A DNA stretch of 64,000 nt from an uncultured bacterium (GTDB lineage Bacteria > Armatimonadota > UBA5829): contig CAWGNL010000060.1 of assembly GCA_963823885.1 (NCBI GenBank), positions 576-64,575 on the forward strand, written 5' to 3'. Of the stretch, positions 42,949 through 52,343 are shown piece after piece (within the stretch, counting starts at the first letter, position 1; each line of letters starts with the position of its first letter). A program made the position numbers and the translations under genes. Under the pieces are notes generated by a model, which did no database searches, was not told the DNA's origin, and was given only the letters and a program-made list of their open reading frames with translations.

Positions 42949-44078
42949 CTAATCCTCCACTCCGGCCGCGACCTCGATCAGGGCCCGAGCGTATTCGGCG
43001 GACTTCACGAGTTCGTCCACGGCGATGCTCTCGGTGGGACTATGGGGATGCTCATAGCCGACACCGATTATCACCGACGGCACTCCGCCGAGGTTAAAGA
43101 CATTGGCGTCGCTGCCGCCGCCTCCATCCACAAGTTGAGGTTCGATTCCGACATTCCGGCAGGCCGCCGCCGCCACCTTGACGACCTCGTCGCTCTCGGT
43201 CCAGCAAAACGCGCTGTATTCCCGACAGGACTTTACCTCTGCCCTCGCGCCGATCTTCGCTGCTTCCTCCTCGAAAAGCGCCTTCATGTGAGCGACCTGA
43301 GCCAGGAGTTTTTCCTCGCTGCGACTGCGGGCCTCGGCCCTGATCGTGACCGTCTCGGGGATGATATTTCGGGCCTTTCCGCCCTGGATGACCCCAATGT
43401 TGGCGGTCGTTTCCTCGTCCACGCGGCCCAGGTTCATCCTGGAAATCGCCCTCGACGCCGCTACAATCGCGCTGACACCCTCCTCGGGCGCAATTCCCGC
43501 ATGCGCGGCCTTGCCGGTGATCTCGACGGTAATGTTCTCGTGAGATGGCGCGCTGACGATAATTCCGGCGGTGGGGACTCCGCTGTCAAAAACGTATCCC
43601 AGTCTCGCCCCTCATTCCGGAAAGGTCCAGCGACTTCGCTCCCAACAACCCCGTCTCCTCGCTCACGTCGAGCAGTATCCTGATATCGCCGTACGAGACC
43701 CCGCTCTCCAGGATAGACTCGACTCCCTCGATTACCGCCGCGATACCGGCCTTGTCATCCGCGCCGAGGATCGTCCTCCCATCAGACCTTATCACCCCCT
43801 CGTCCACAACCACGTTCAGACCGTCAGTGGGTTCCACCGTATCCATATGGCAGCAGAAGAATATCTTCCTGGCATTCGCGGCGGTCCCTTTCCTGAAGGC
43901 AATTACATTGCCCGCATTACCGCCGATTTGGGTTCCCGCATCGTCTTCCTCGACCTCGAAACCCAGAGAGCAGAGCTTTGCCGCGACGTAGTCCGCCACA
44001 CCCCGCTCGCACTTGGAGGGAGAGTTGATCCCAACCAGGATCGAGAAAAAGCCGAATAACGCGATCCTTATCAGCCAT
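42949..44078 (-). CDS. M20/M25/M40-family metallopeptidase (peptidase T-like; 2 or more frameshifts)
   Basis: CCHMDTV and ILGADDKAGIAAV metal-ligand motifs, plus C-terminal GGGSDANVF. The ATG at 44078 gives MADKDRVIRLFLDLVGINSPS once one extra base at about 44030 is removed. Confidence 0.8.
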
Positions 44079-45270
44079 GATTTACCTCTAACGATTCATC
44101 CCCTGGGTGGCGATTTCCGAATCGCCACCCCACCCCCCGTTGTTTCGGGAAACCCCTTTCCCGAAACGCACTCCGCAACCCACCGCCGTACAAACACCCT
44201 CGTTTCGGGATTTCCGGAGCGACTATAACGTTCGCTCTATGCTCGGACGAAAGTGCTCGCTCCTCAAATCCCGAAACACCGGCGTTGAATAACGCGATCC
44301 TTATCAGCCATTGATTTACCTCTAAGATTCATCCCCTGGGTGGCGATTTCCGAATCGCCACCCCACCCCCCGTTGTTTCGGGAAACCCCTTTCCCGAAAC
44401 GCACTCCGCAACCCACCGCCGTACAAACACCCTCGTTTCGGGATTTCCGGAGCGACTATAACGTTCGCTCTATGCTCGGACGAAAGTGCTCGCTCCTCAA
44501 ATCCCGAAACACCGCACCAGATCGAGAAAAAGCCGAATAACGCGATCCTTATCAGCCATGATTTACCTCTAACGATTCATCCCCTGGGTGGCGATTTCCG
44601 AATCGCCACCCCACCCCCCGTTGTTTCGGGAAACCCCTTTCCCGAAACGCACTGCGCAACCCACCGCCGTACAAACACCCTCGTTTCGGGATTTCCGGAG
44701 CGACTATAACGTTCGCTCTATGCTCGGACGAAAGTGCTCGCTCCTCAAATCCCGAAACACCGGCGTTGAATAACGCGATCCTTATCAGCCATGATTTACC
44801 TCTAAGATTCATCCCCTGGGTGGCGATTTCCGAATCGCCACCCCACCCCCCGTTGTTTCGGGAAACCCCTTTCCCGAAACGCACTGCGCAACCCACCGCC
44901 GTACAAACACCCTCGTTTCGGGATTTCCGGAGCGACTATAACGTTCGCTCTATGCTCGGACGAAAGTGCTCGCTCCTCAAATCCCGAAACACCGCCGTTG
45001 AATAACGCGATCCTTATCAGCCATTGATTTACCTCTAACGATTCATCCCCTGGGTGGCGATTTCCGAATCGCCACCCCACCCCCCGTTGTTTCGGGAAAC
45101 CCCTTTCCCGAAACGCACTGCGCAACCCACCGCCGTACAAACACCCTCGTTTCGGGATTTCCGGAGCGACTATAACGTTCGCTCTATGCTCGGACGAAAG
45201 TGCTCGCTCCTCAAATCCCGAAACACCGGCGTTGAATAACGCGATCCTTATCAGCCATGATTTACCTCGT
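44055..45270. repeat. Tandem array, five units of about 233 bp plus a partial sixth. Each unit holds three different REP hairpins plus a copy of the SD and first 8 codons of the M20 peptidase gene.
   Basis: Unit starts are at 44055, 44288, 44535 (with an extended gene fragment from 44516), 44768, 45001 and 45234. The hairpins are GGGTGGCGAtttccgaaTCGCCACCC, GTTTCGGGAAAccccTTTCCCGAAAC and a REPIN-B. Confidence 0.95.
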
Positions 45271-46300
45271 CAATGTCACCTTGCTCAGTCCTCGAGGCTG
45301 GTCCGGGTTGTAACCCCTGGTCACAGTCATGTAGTAAGCGAACAACTGCGCTGGTATTATGTAGATCAACGGGCTCAACTCTTCGTCCACGTGGACGGGG
45401 ACCTTGAAAGCCGTCCTGGCCGACGCCAGCACCTCCTCGACGCTGCTCACGACCAGGTTCTCCGCGCCACGCTCTCGCAGGACGCCCGCTATATTCGCCA
45501 TGGACTCATACGCCTTCCCCGGTGGAATGAATAAGAAACACGGGTCCCCTTCGTGAACGGCGGCAATTGGCCCGTGCAGGAAGTCCGCCGCCGAAAAGGC
45601 GTTCACCCCGATGTAGCTTGTCTCCTCCAGCTTGAGCGCGGCTTCCCGAGCGGTGCAATAGTTGAGGCCGCGCCCCACGAAATAGCCCTCACGCATATAT
45701 CGGTATCGTTCGGCCCGCTCGGCAATGCAATCGTGAGTCTCCAAGACGCGGCTCATCGCATCGGCTGTGGCAAGCAGCGAATCGATGCCGAGACACCCCC
45801 CGCAAAGCGACGCGCTCAGCAAATAGAAGCAGGCAAGGGTGGACGTATAAGTCTTCGTCGCGGCAACCGCGTTTTCCTTGCCCGCGTGGCAATGCAGGGT
45901 GTGGTGGGCGATCTTGGTGATTGTGGAAGCCGGTTCGTTAGTTATAGCCAGGGTCAGCGCACCGGCCTTTTTAGACTCCTCGAGGTATTCGGCCACATCC
46001 GGCGCCTGCCCCGACTGTGAGACCCCGATAACCAGCGCGCGATCCAGCTTGAGCCTCGCTTCGTAAAGCGTGAAAACCGAGCAATCGGCGAGCGCCACGG
46101 GCAATTCGTTCCTGATCTCCATGAGGGTCCTTGCCATAGATCCCCGCGTGGTCCGAAGTCCCGCGCGCCGCTATGACGGCAAAGCTCACGCCGCGTTCCA
46201 CACACTGCCTGGAAACCTCGGCCGCGGTCCGCCGCTCCGACTCGACAATCTTCGCGATTGCCTCGGGCTGATCGTTGATCTCGTCCAACATTACCGACAT
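45262..46300 (-). CDS. SIS-domain sugar-phosphate isomerase/deaminase-like protein (GlmS C-terminal / AgaS-FrlB type; frameshift near 46140)
   Basis: AVIAARGTSDHAG, VIGVSQSGQAPDV and the tail ...GYNPDQPRGLSKVTLTR. The pieces are 45971..46300 and 45262..46137. Confidence 0.75.
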
Positions 46301-46479
46301 AACGCAATATACCCTCAGAATAGTCGAAGGTCGAAAGTCAAAAGTCGGGAACCCGCCAGCCCTGAGTAGGCCCGAGGAACGAGGGCCGTATCGAAGGGCG
46401 GTCGCAGGGATCCCTCCTAGCTCAACGGATCTCCGTTTCCATCAACGCTATTCCTTCGCCAGCGACCCCGAGCAATCCT

Positions 46480-46524
46480 CCAAAACGCGCAAAGACCGCG
46501 GAAAAGACATTTCCGCGGTCTTTG
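46480..46524 (-). terminator. Possible Rho-independent terminator
   Basis: Perfect 15-bp stem caaagaccgcggaaa-agaca-tttccgcggtctttg. On the minus strand it is followed by cgcgTTTTgg, so the U-tract is short and offset by 4 nt. Confidence 0.4.
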
Positions 46525-46586
46525 TACAATCGCTAATTCGACGAATTTTGAATTGAAGAGAGTTCTACCGGATCGCCGGTCCCTTC

Positions 46587-47036
46587 CCCAAGGCGGCGCA
46601 GCCGCAACCAAGAAGGCCATCGCCGGAAAATCAATACGGCCTTTCCGTAATTCGGAAGGTCGGTGATTTCTTCTGGCGTATCTTACAACTGAAATCCGAG
46701 GTGACATGTCAAAGTTCAGTACAGCTTGTATAGGATTTCAGTTGTGAGATACTACGCTTTTCCCCAGACTTCGCTGGGGAAAAGTGGCCACCTTACGGTG
46801 GCAGTTGACCAAGGCAGGCGGTCGGGTTTTTCGCTTTTCGGTTGTTAAGGGATTTGAACAACACCTGAGTCGGCTCGGGAGAGCTCCCCAGCGTTGCCCT
46901 ACCCTCCGCCCAGGCAAAGCAAGTATAGCTCATCGGCCATCCCTTAACAACCATAAAGCGGAAAACCCAAAGGCGGTGCGCCGTCGAATCCGCCTTAGCG
47001 ACAACAAATTGTTTATAGGAGGGCGCTAAGGGGCTA
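46587..47036 (+). repeat. LR element copy 5 (full, with an approximately 35-bp internal deletion of one hairpin)
   Basis: It reads ggttgttaagggatttgaacaac where other copies carry the gggatgatttggagggggcgg..ccacccccatccc hairpin. The right end overlaps the TAG stop of gene 47034..47825. Confidence 0.9.
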
Positions 47037-47825
47037 ATTCCCCCCGCCTGCTCCGCCAAAGCCACGCCCACCGCCGCGACCTCCAAAGGCAGGAATCAGA
47101 CCCTGACTGCGCAATGCCTGCATTGTAGCACTCATCGTTTGCTGATACTGAGGGTCCTGGAACAAGCTGCGCTGAGCGTTGAATTGGTCGAGCACCATCT
47201 GCTGGCGGTCGGAGGGGTCCATGTCCATGACGTATTTCGCCTCGGACTGCAGCGCGCTGACGCGCTGCTCGGAGGTCATCTTCGACAGCAACTGCATTCG
47301 CTCGGTCTCGAGCGCAGTCAGCTTGGACGCGGCGTTCTTGCCATCATCGGCTTTCCGCTTGGAAATCAGGTACACCAGCTTCAGTCCGAGCTTGTCCGGG
47401 TCCAGGGTTGGAGCAGTCGATTCCTGCTCCACGAACACCTTCTGCTTGCCTGATGAATCGCACACCACGATCGGGCCGGAGATAGCCGCAACCGCGGCGG
47501 CGCGGGCCTTGATCTGATCGGCGCTCAGCGGTTTGTCCTTGTCCGGCACGGGTAGATACAGCTTCTGCCAGATAAGATCATTCTGCTTGGTGAGCGTATC
47601 CAGAAGCTTGTCGAGTTCCATCGACTCGAAGTGCCCGGTCAGGTTCTTCTTCAAGTCCGCATCGCATATGATCTGCACGCCGGCCTGCTTTCCGATATCC
47701 GCCATGGCCTCATCGAAGGGAGTCGCATTCGCATCCAAATTGACTTTGGGAGCATCGGCCGCGACAACCCCGCAAGCAAGACATACAAAGAGGATGACAA
47801 CGCCAATGATAGTTCCAATCTTCAT
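47034..47825 (-). CDS. Secreted hypothetical protein with a Gly/Arg-rich C-terminus
   Basis: Signal peptide MKIGTIIGVVILFVCLACGVVAA (ATG 47825), a coiled-coil-like middle, and the tail GGRGGGRGFGGAGGGN. Confidence 0.5.
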   Translation of the reverse strand: MKIGTIIGVVILFVCLACGVVAADAPKVNLDANATPFDEAMADIGKQAGVQIICDADLKKNLTGHFESMELDKLLDTLTKQNDLIWQKLYLPVPDKDKPLSADQIKARAAAVAAISGPIVVCDSSGKQKVFVEQESTAPTLDPDKLGLKLVYLISKRKADDGKNAASKLTALETERMQLLSKMTSEQRVSALQSEAKYVMDMDPSDRQQMVLDQFNAQRSLFQDPQYQQTMSATMQALRSQGLIPAFGGRGGGRGFGGAGGGN

Positions 47826-47988
47826 TTCCGTTTCGCCTTTTTCCTTTCCCCCATAGGGTATACGCCAAATCAGCCACAATTACCCGTTGACTCTTTAGAC
47901 GCCGCACCCGCATACCTGGTTACATTACTGGCCGATAGGAGCTAGGGTCAGACGCCCCCTTCCCTTCCCCATATTCTAACTCCTATCT

Positions 47989-48474
47989 CCTAAAGCGGCG
48001 CAGCCGCAACCAACAAGGCCATCGCCGGAAAATCAATACGGCCTTTCCATAATTCGGAAGGTCGGTGGTTTCTTCTGGCGTATCTTACAACTGGAATCCG
48101 AGGTCACATATCAAAGTTCAGGTACAACTTGTATAGGATTTCAGTTGTAAGCGCCTACGCTTTTCCCCGGACTTCGCTGGGGAAAAGTGGCCACCTTACG
48201 GTGGCAGTTGACCAAGGCAGGCGGTCGGGTTTTTCGCTTTTCGGTTGTTAAGGGATGATTTGGAGGGGGCGGAGATTTCCACCCCCATCCCTTGAACAAC
48301 ACCTGAGTCGGCTCGGGAGAGCTCCCCAGCGTTGCCCTACCCTCCGCCCACGCAAAGCAAGTATAGCTCATCCGCCATCCCTTAACACCATAAAGCGGAA
48401 AACCCGAAGGCGATGCGCCGTCGAATCCGCCTTAGCGACAACAAATTGTTTCTAGGAGGGCGCTAAGCGCCTAA
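47989..48474 (+). repeat. LR element copy 6 (full length)
   Basis: The right end ...ggagggcgctaagcgcCTAa contains the TAG stop (48471-48473) of cdd. Confidence 0.9.
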
Positions 48475-48881
48475 CTCCCATCCCTTAGCTCGAATCGCAT
48501 CGGCAAGTAATCGTCCAGTGATAATGTGTCGTAGGCTCCGTCCGCCGCGGCGGCCACTATCACGGTAGGGCCATCCTTAGAGGCGAACTCCGAGAGCACC
48601 TGCAGGCAGGCCCCGCACGGCCTCGCGATTTCGTCTTCCCCGGCCACCACAACCAGCGCGCGGATTTGCGTCTCGCCCTCGAAAACGGCTCTAAGTATCG
48701 CGACGCGCTCCGCGCACACTGATAGAGAGTAGGAGGCATTTTCCACGTTGCAGCCGAAATACACTTTGCCGGACCCGCCCATCGCCGCGGCCCCAACCTT
48801 GAACTTCGAATATGGCGCGTAGGCCGTCTCCCTGGCATTCATCGCGCCCGAGAGCATTTCAAGCAGAGCTGTTTCTTCCAT
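48471..48881 (-). CDS. cdd: Cytidine deaminase
   Basis: Zinc motifs CAERVAI and PCGACLQ. The start MEETALLEML at ATG 48881 gives a tetrameric-type size of about 136 aa. Confidence 0.85.
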   Translation of the reverse strand: MEETALLEMLSGAMNARETAYAPYSKFKVGAAAMGGSGKVYFGCNVENASYSLSVCAERVAILRAVFEGETQIRALVVVAGEDEIARPCGACLQVLSEFASKDGPTVIVAAAADGAYDTLSLDDYLPMRFELRDGS

Positions 48882-48973
48882 GTATAGCTCCGGGAAAGAA
48901 AAAGAGGAAAAGACCAAGCTAGATCCTTTCCTCTTCCTCTCTATTCTTGGCACAAGTGGGGTTCTCGGTTCAT

Positions 48974-49258
48974 CTACTCAGTCGACTTGAAGTAGTAGCC
49001 AAGTGCAAAGCCGAGCGGCCCACCAACTATAGACGCCAGCCTGGTGATTAGTTGCAGCGACTCGGCAAACGTCAAGATACCAGCGATCTCCATAATAACG
49101 GGAACCAGGATAGACGCAATGAAGAGAGCAAGTAACCCGATGGCCAGCCCCGCACGGGTGCTCTCGCGCCTGTGAGGCAGGGAGCGGGTTGTCCTGCGCT
49201 CATAGTCCGTAAGGGAAATGGGTTGAGAGGTCTCCTGAGGCTCTGTTTCGTCACTCAT
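48974..49258 (-). CDS. Small membrane protein (hypothetical)
   Basis: 94 aa with two predicted TM segments (AIGLLALFIASILVPVIMEIAGI; ASIVGGPLGFALGYYF). ATGA overlap with the upstream ORF. Confidence 0.45.
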   Translation of the reverse strand: MSDETEPQETSQPISLTDYERRTTRSLPHRRESTRAGLAIGLLALFIASILVPVIMEIAGILTFAESLQLITRLASIVGGPLGFALGYYFKSTE

Positions 49259-49479
49259 CTCAGGAGCACTTCTTTCTCGGGCCTCCCTGACGCGGCGTCT
49301 GTAAGCGTCAGAATCTGGTTATCCCTTTGCGCATCCAGCGCGAGCCTCATAATCCCGAGTGCGTTGCCGATCACTTCTGACGGCGGAATGCCAAGTTCTC
49401 GGGACATCTCTTGAATACCGTCGTAGACCTTCTGCGACAGCTCGACAACGGGCACTCTTCTAATCGGTTGAGGAGGCAT
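49255..49479 (-). CDS. Small hypothetical protein (74 aa)
   Basis: ORF with reasonable composition, translationally coupled to 48974..49258. No family was recognised. Confidence 0.35.
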   Translation of the reverse strand: MPPQPIRRVPVVELSQKVYDGIQEMSRELGIPPSEVIGNALGIMRLALDAQRDNQILTLTDAASGRPEKEVLLR

Positions 49480-49514
49480 GTATATCTACCCCACTTTCGG
49501 CGGTTCTTCAATAT

Positions 49515-49590
49515 TGGTGGAGGCTAGCGGGCTCGAACCGCTGACCTATTGCGTGCAAAGCAATCGCTCTCCCAACTGAGCTAAGCCCCC
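49515..49590 (-). tRNA. tRNA-Ala (anticodon TGC), CCA encoded
   Basis: The reverse complement GGGGGCTTAGCTCAGTTGGGAGAGCGATTGCTTTGCACGCAATAGGTCAGCGGTTCGAGCCCGCTAGCCTCCACCA folds as a cloverleaf. The anticodon loop is TTTGCAC. Confidence 0.95.
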
Positions 49591-49597
49591 GTTTTAT

Positions 49598-49674
<77 letters not shown>

Positions 49675-49699
49675 ACAAATTTCTTCCCGCACGTAAGGT

Positions 49700-49728
49700 A
49701 TTATAGGCCAGGCAAGAAGAGAAGTCAA
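49700..49728 (-). promoter_or_regulatory. Sigma70-type promoter for the tRNA-Ile/tRNA-Ala pair
   Basis: The minus strand reads TTGACT-17 nt-TATAAT (-35 at 49723-49728, -10 at 49700-49705). This puts the predicted start about 19 nt upstream of tRNA-Ile. Confidence 0.75.
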
Positions 49729-49781
49729 GGCATCCATCGGGTTGTAAGAGCTCACGGTTTATGAGTTCAACTTCTCGCAGC

Positions 49782-49988
49782 ATGTCATTCCGAACGAATG
49801 TGAGGAATCTCAACCTATCGGATGAGTCTCACCGATCGTAACAAGGATATAACCGCAAGGTCGAGATTCCTCGCTACCCGCTCCTAAGAAACTCCCCCGT
49901 TTCGGGAACAAGATTCCCGAAACACCGGGGGTGGGTTTCTTTCCAATGTAACGGCGACAGCGTCGCCGTCACTTGCTCGGAATGACAT
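49782..49988 (+). mobile_element. 207-bp MITE-like element with terminal inverted repeats (ATGTCATTCCGAACGAA ... TTGCTCGGAATGACAT)
   Basis: It contains, in order, the long hairpin gaatgtgaggaatctc...gagattcctc, cctaagaaactcccc plus a REP-A hairpin, and the GC hairpin plus cacttgctcggaatgac. It therefore holds one complete unit of the 1-2485 array between TIRs. Confidence 0.8.
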
Positions 49989-50128
49989 ATGCGGTGACGT
50001 GTAATCATGATCCGCGAGGTGTTACATCGGGTTCAAGGTTGAAAGTTAAAGGTTGAAGGTTGGGGAAGGGAGGTACCCACTCCGATGGGTGGCGATCTCA
50101 GAATCGCCACCTATCCAGCGATGAAACT

Positions 50129-50971
50129 TCAGTCATCCGATCGGTTTTGGGAGCCGTCTTCCCGCGGAAGCGACCACAGAATCGCATAGCGAATACATAC
50201 CGATGCCCCCGTGAGCGCGCTCAAGATCAGGCCATGAATGCCTTCGCGGCAGCCACCCTGCGCGATGTATTTCTTGAGGAAGGTCAGGCCGGGAGTGATG
50301 AGAACATCCGAAACGCGAAACCTCCTGCCCTCCTTGAGCCTCTGTCGCGCCGCGGCCTGGGAGTAGAACACCATTTTCCGCAGATAATCGTCGATCGTGG
50401 GGTTGGTGTAGTGCAGCATATGATTCTTCAGCTTGCCCGTTGGCCCGTCAACAACCATGGTCTCGTGGACAAGCTGTTCGGGGTAATGCGCCTTCTCGCG
50501 CCTTACAAGACGAAGCTGGTAATCAGGATACCAGCCGCAGTGCCGGATGGCCCTGCCAAGAAAGTAACTGAGCCTGGGTATGTAATAGGCATCGAAGTTG
50601 GGCCGCTCGATTATGCTCCGGATCTCCGCTGCAAGCTCACCCGTCACGACCTCATCCGCATCGATTGCAAGCACCCACTCCTGGGTGGCAAGCCCGACCG
50701 CGGCGGATTTCTGGTCCGAATACCCCCTGAACTCTCGCTTAGAGACTTTGTCCGTAAACCGCCGGGCGATCTCGACGGTGCGATCGGTCGACAGCGAGTC
50801 GAGGACCACTATCTCGTTGCAGAACTCCAGCGCCCCGAGGCACCGCTCGATGTTGCTCTCCTCATTGTATGTTATAACCACCGCCGAGAGTCCCAAGAAA
50901 TCTATCCTCCGCTGAAGGCAAGAGATCACTCTTGATGAGTACTTGTCATGCTCAACTTGATTCACTACCAT
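50129..50971 (-). CDS. Family 2 glycosyltransferase
   Basis: LSAVVITYNEESNIERCL, VVLDSLSTDRT and AIDADE (DxD). The start may be internal to the 280-aa ORF. Confidence 0.8.
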   Translation of the reverse strand: MVVNQVEHDKYSSRVISCLQRRIDFLGLSAVVITYNEESNIERCLGALEFCNEIVVLDSLSTDRTVEIARRFTDKVSKREFRGYSDQKSAAVGLATQEWVLAIDADEVVTGELAAEIRSIIERPNFDAYYIPRLSYFLGRAIRHCGWYPDYQLRLVRREKAHYPEQLVHETMVVDGPTGKLKNHMLHYTNPTIDDYLRKMVFYSQAAARQRLKEGRRFRVSDVLITPGLTFLKKYIAQGGCREGIHGLILSALTGASVCIRYAILWSLPREDGSQNRSDD

Positions 50972-51112
50972 CCCATAACTGGGGGAAATGGCCTGTTTTC
51001 TGGGTATTTCACGCTCAGTAGCGTGTGGTTTTGCAAGTACCCACTTTCGGTTTTCTGGGCGTTACCATTCGCAAGTGCGCAGCCGCGCGGACATGGCACA
51101 AACGCGGCGGCT

Positions 51113-51845
51113 ATGTCATTCCGAACGAACGTGAGGAATCTCGACCTATCGGTTGACTCTCACATACCGAAGGATGATACAGGCGCAACGTTGAGATTCC
51201 TCACATTCGTTCCTAAGAAACTCTCTTCGGAGGAGCGCGGAAGCTGCTTAATGCAGAGGGCACTAGTGTCTACTTGCATAAATAGCTAATAGTATTCTTG
51301 CCGGTGTATCGGGAATCTTGTTCCCGATACGCACTTAGTTTCGGGAACAAGATTCCCGAAACACCCGTTACAGCATTCTATCAATCAATTATGCAACTAA
51401 GCACTAGCACAACGATTACGTCATCCTGAGCAAGTGACCTCGGCGTTGCCGGTGTATCGGGAATCTTGTTCCCGATACGCACTTAGTTTCGGGAACAAGA
51501 TTCCCGAAACACCGGGGGTGGGTTTCTGCCGGTGTATCGGGAATCTTGTTCCCGATACGCACTTAGTTTCGGGAACAAGATTCCCGAAACACCGGGGGTG
51601 GGTTTCTTTCCAATGTAACCGCGGCAACGCCGCGGTCACTTGCTCCTAAGAAACTCCCCAGTTTCGGGAACAAGATTCCCGAAACACCGGGGGTGGGTTT
51701 CTTTCCAATGTAACCGCGGCAACGCCGAGGTCACTTGCTCCTAAGAAACTCCCCAGTTTCGGGAACAAGATTCCCGAAACACCGGGGGTGGGTTTCTTTC
51801 CAATGTAACGGCGACAGCGTCGCCGTCACTTGCTCGGAATGACAT
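51113..51845. repeat. Nest of repeats: a 207-bp-type element interrupted by three REPIN-A' copies (51299, 51448, 51528) and extended by two extra array-type units
   Basis: The left TIR atgtcattccgaacgaacg is at 51113 and the right TIR cacttgctcggaatgacat ends at 51845. The 60 bp beyond it (gatttacgacggctgtggcagaaccagcaccgcgcctcactgtgggatggtagtgaac) also follows the array at 2486-2545. Confidence 0.85.
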
Positions 51846-52290
51846 GATTTACGACGGCTGTGGCAGAACCAGCACCGCGCCTCACTGTGGGATGGTAGTG
51901 AACTTGATTCACCATCTCCTTCGCAGGTACCAGATCGTGAATCAAGTTCAGGCCACCACCGCTGACCCAAGCGGGAGCGTCGTCTAAACACCGGAACCCT
52001 GCCCATAATGGCGGTCCGGCGAGCCGAGGCGGCGGCGGGCAAGTCAGCGGTGTACCTCGGGCCGACCTGGGCTACCGGAGTCTCAAGCCACCGGCTCTCA
52101 AATGAAGCGACTGTGGCAGTCGATGCCGACTCCGTACGATTTTAGTGTGTAAGCTTCTTCCGTCTCGGTATGGAGGCCGGAGAACAAATCTTCTGAAGGT
52201 GGTTTTCCCGACATGACGCTATCGTCGCCCCCTAATGCGCAGCCTGAACTCGGGCTCTCTAGGAGCCAGTGATTTTACGGCGCTAGAGAG

Positions 52291-52343
52291 ATTATATCAC
52301 ATTATGAGATATTTTCCTTTTTTTTCTTTTTTTGGGACGTGGC
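52291..52343 (-). promoter_or_regulatory. Putative extended -10 promoter (TGTGATATAAT) with an upstream A-tract (UP-like)
   Basis: The minus strand reads aaaaaaagaaaaaaaaggaaaatatctcataaTGTGATATAATctctctag. It points into the ORF-poor region 51900-52280. Confidence 0.4.

Noticed and set aside
44107-45239. Five identical 61-aa ORFs (MAISESPPHPPLFRETPFPKR...) and similar ORFs in the 19.4-20.3 kb array
   Set aside because: They are read-throughs of the tandem repeat units, and the hairpin arms dictate the sequence. Non-triplet unit lengths (233, 309) merely happen to keep short frames open.
48455-48480. Integron attC site (GCCTAAC inverse-core-like sequence at the gene 3' end)
   Set aside because: Only two of the four copies have RYYYAAC. 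The element is about 470 bp, far longer than an attC site. There is no integrase and no cassette-array organisation.
51900-52240. RNase P RNA, SRP RNA or tmRNA in the ORF-free region
   Set aside because: There is a weak resemblance (caaatgaagcgactgtgg...) to the RNase P 3' region. The universal GAGGAAAGUCCGG, the SRP GGAAGCAGCC and the tmRNA termini are all absent on both strands.
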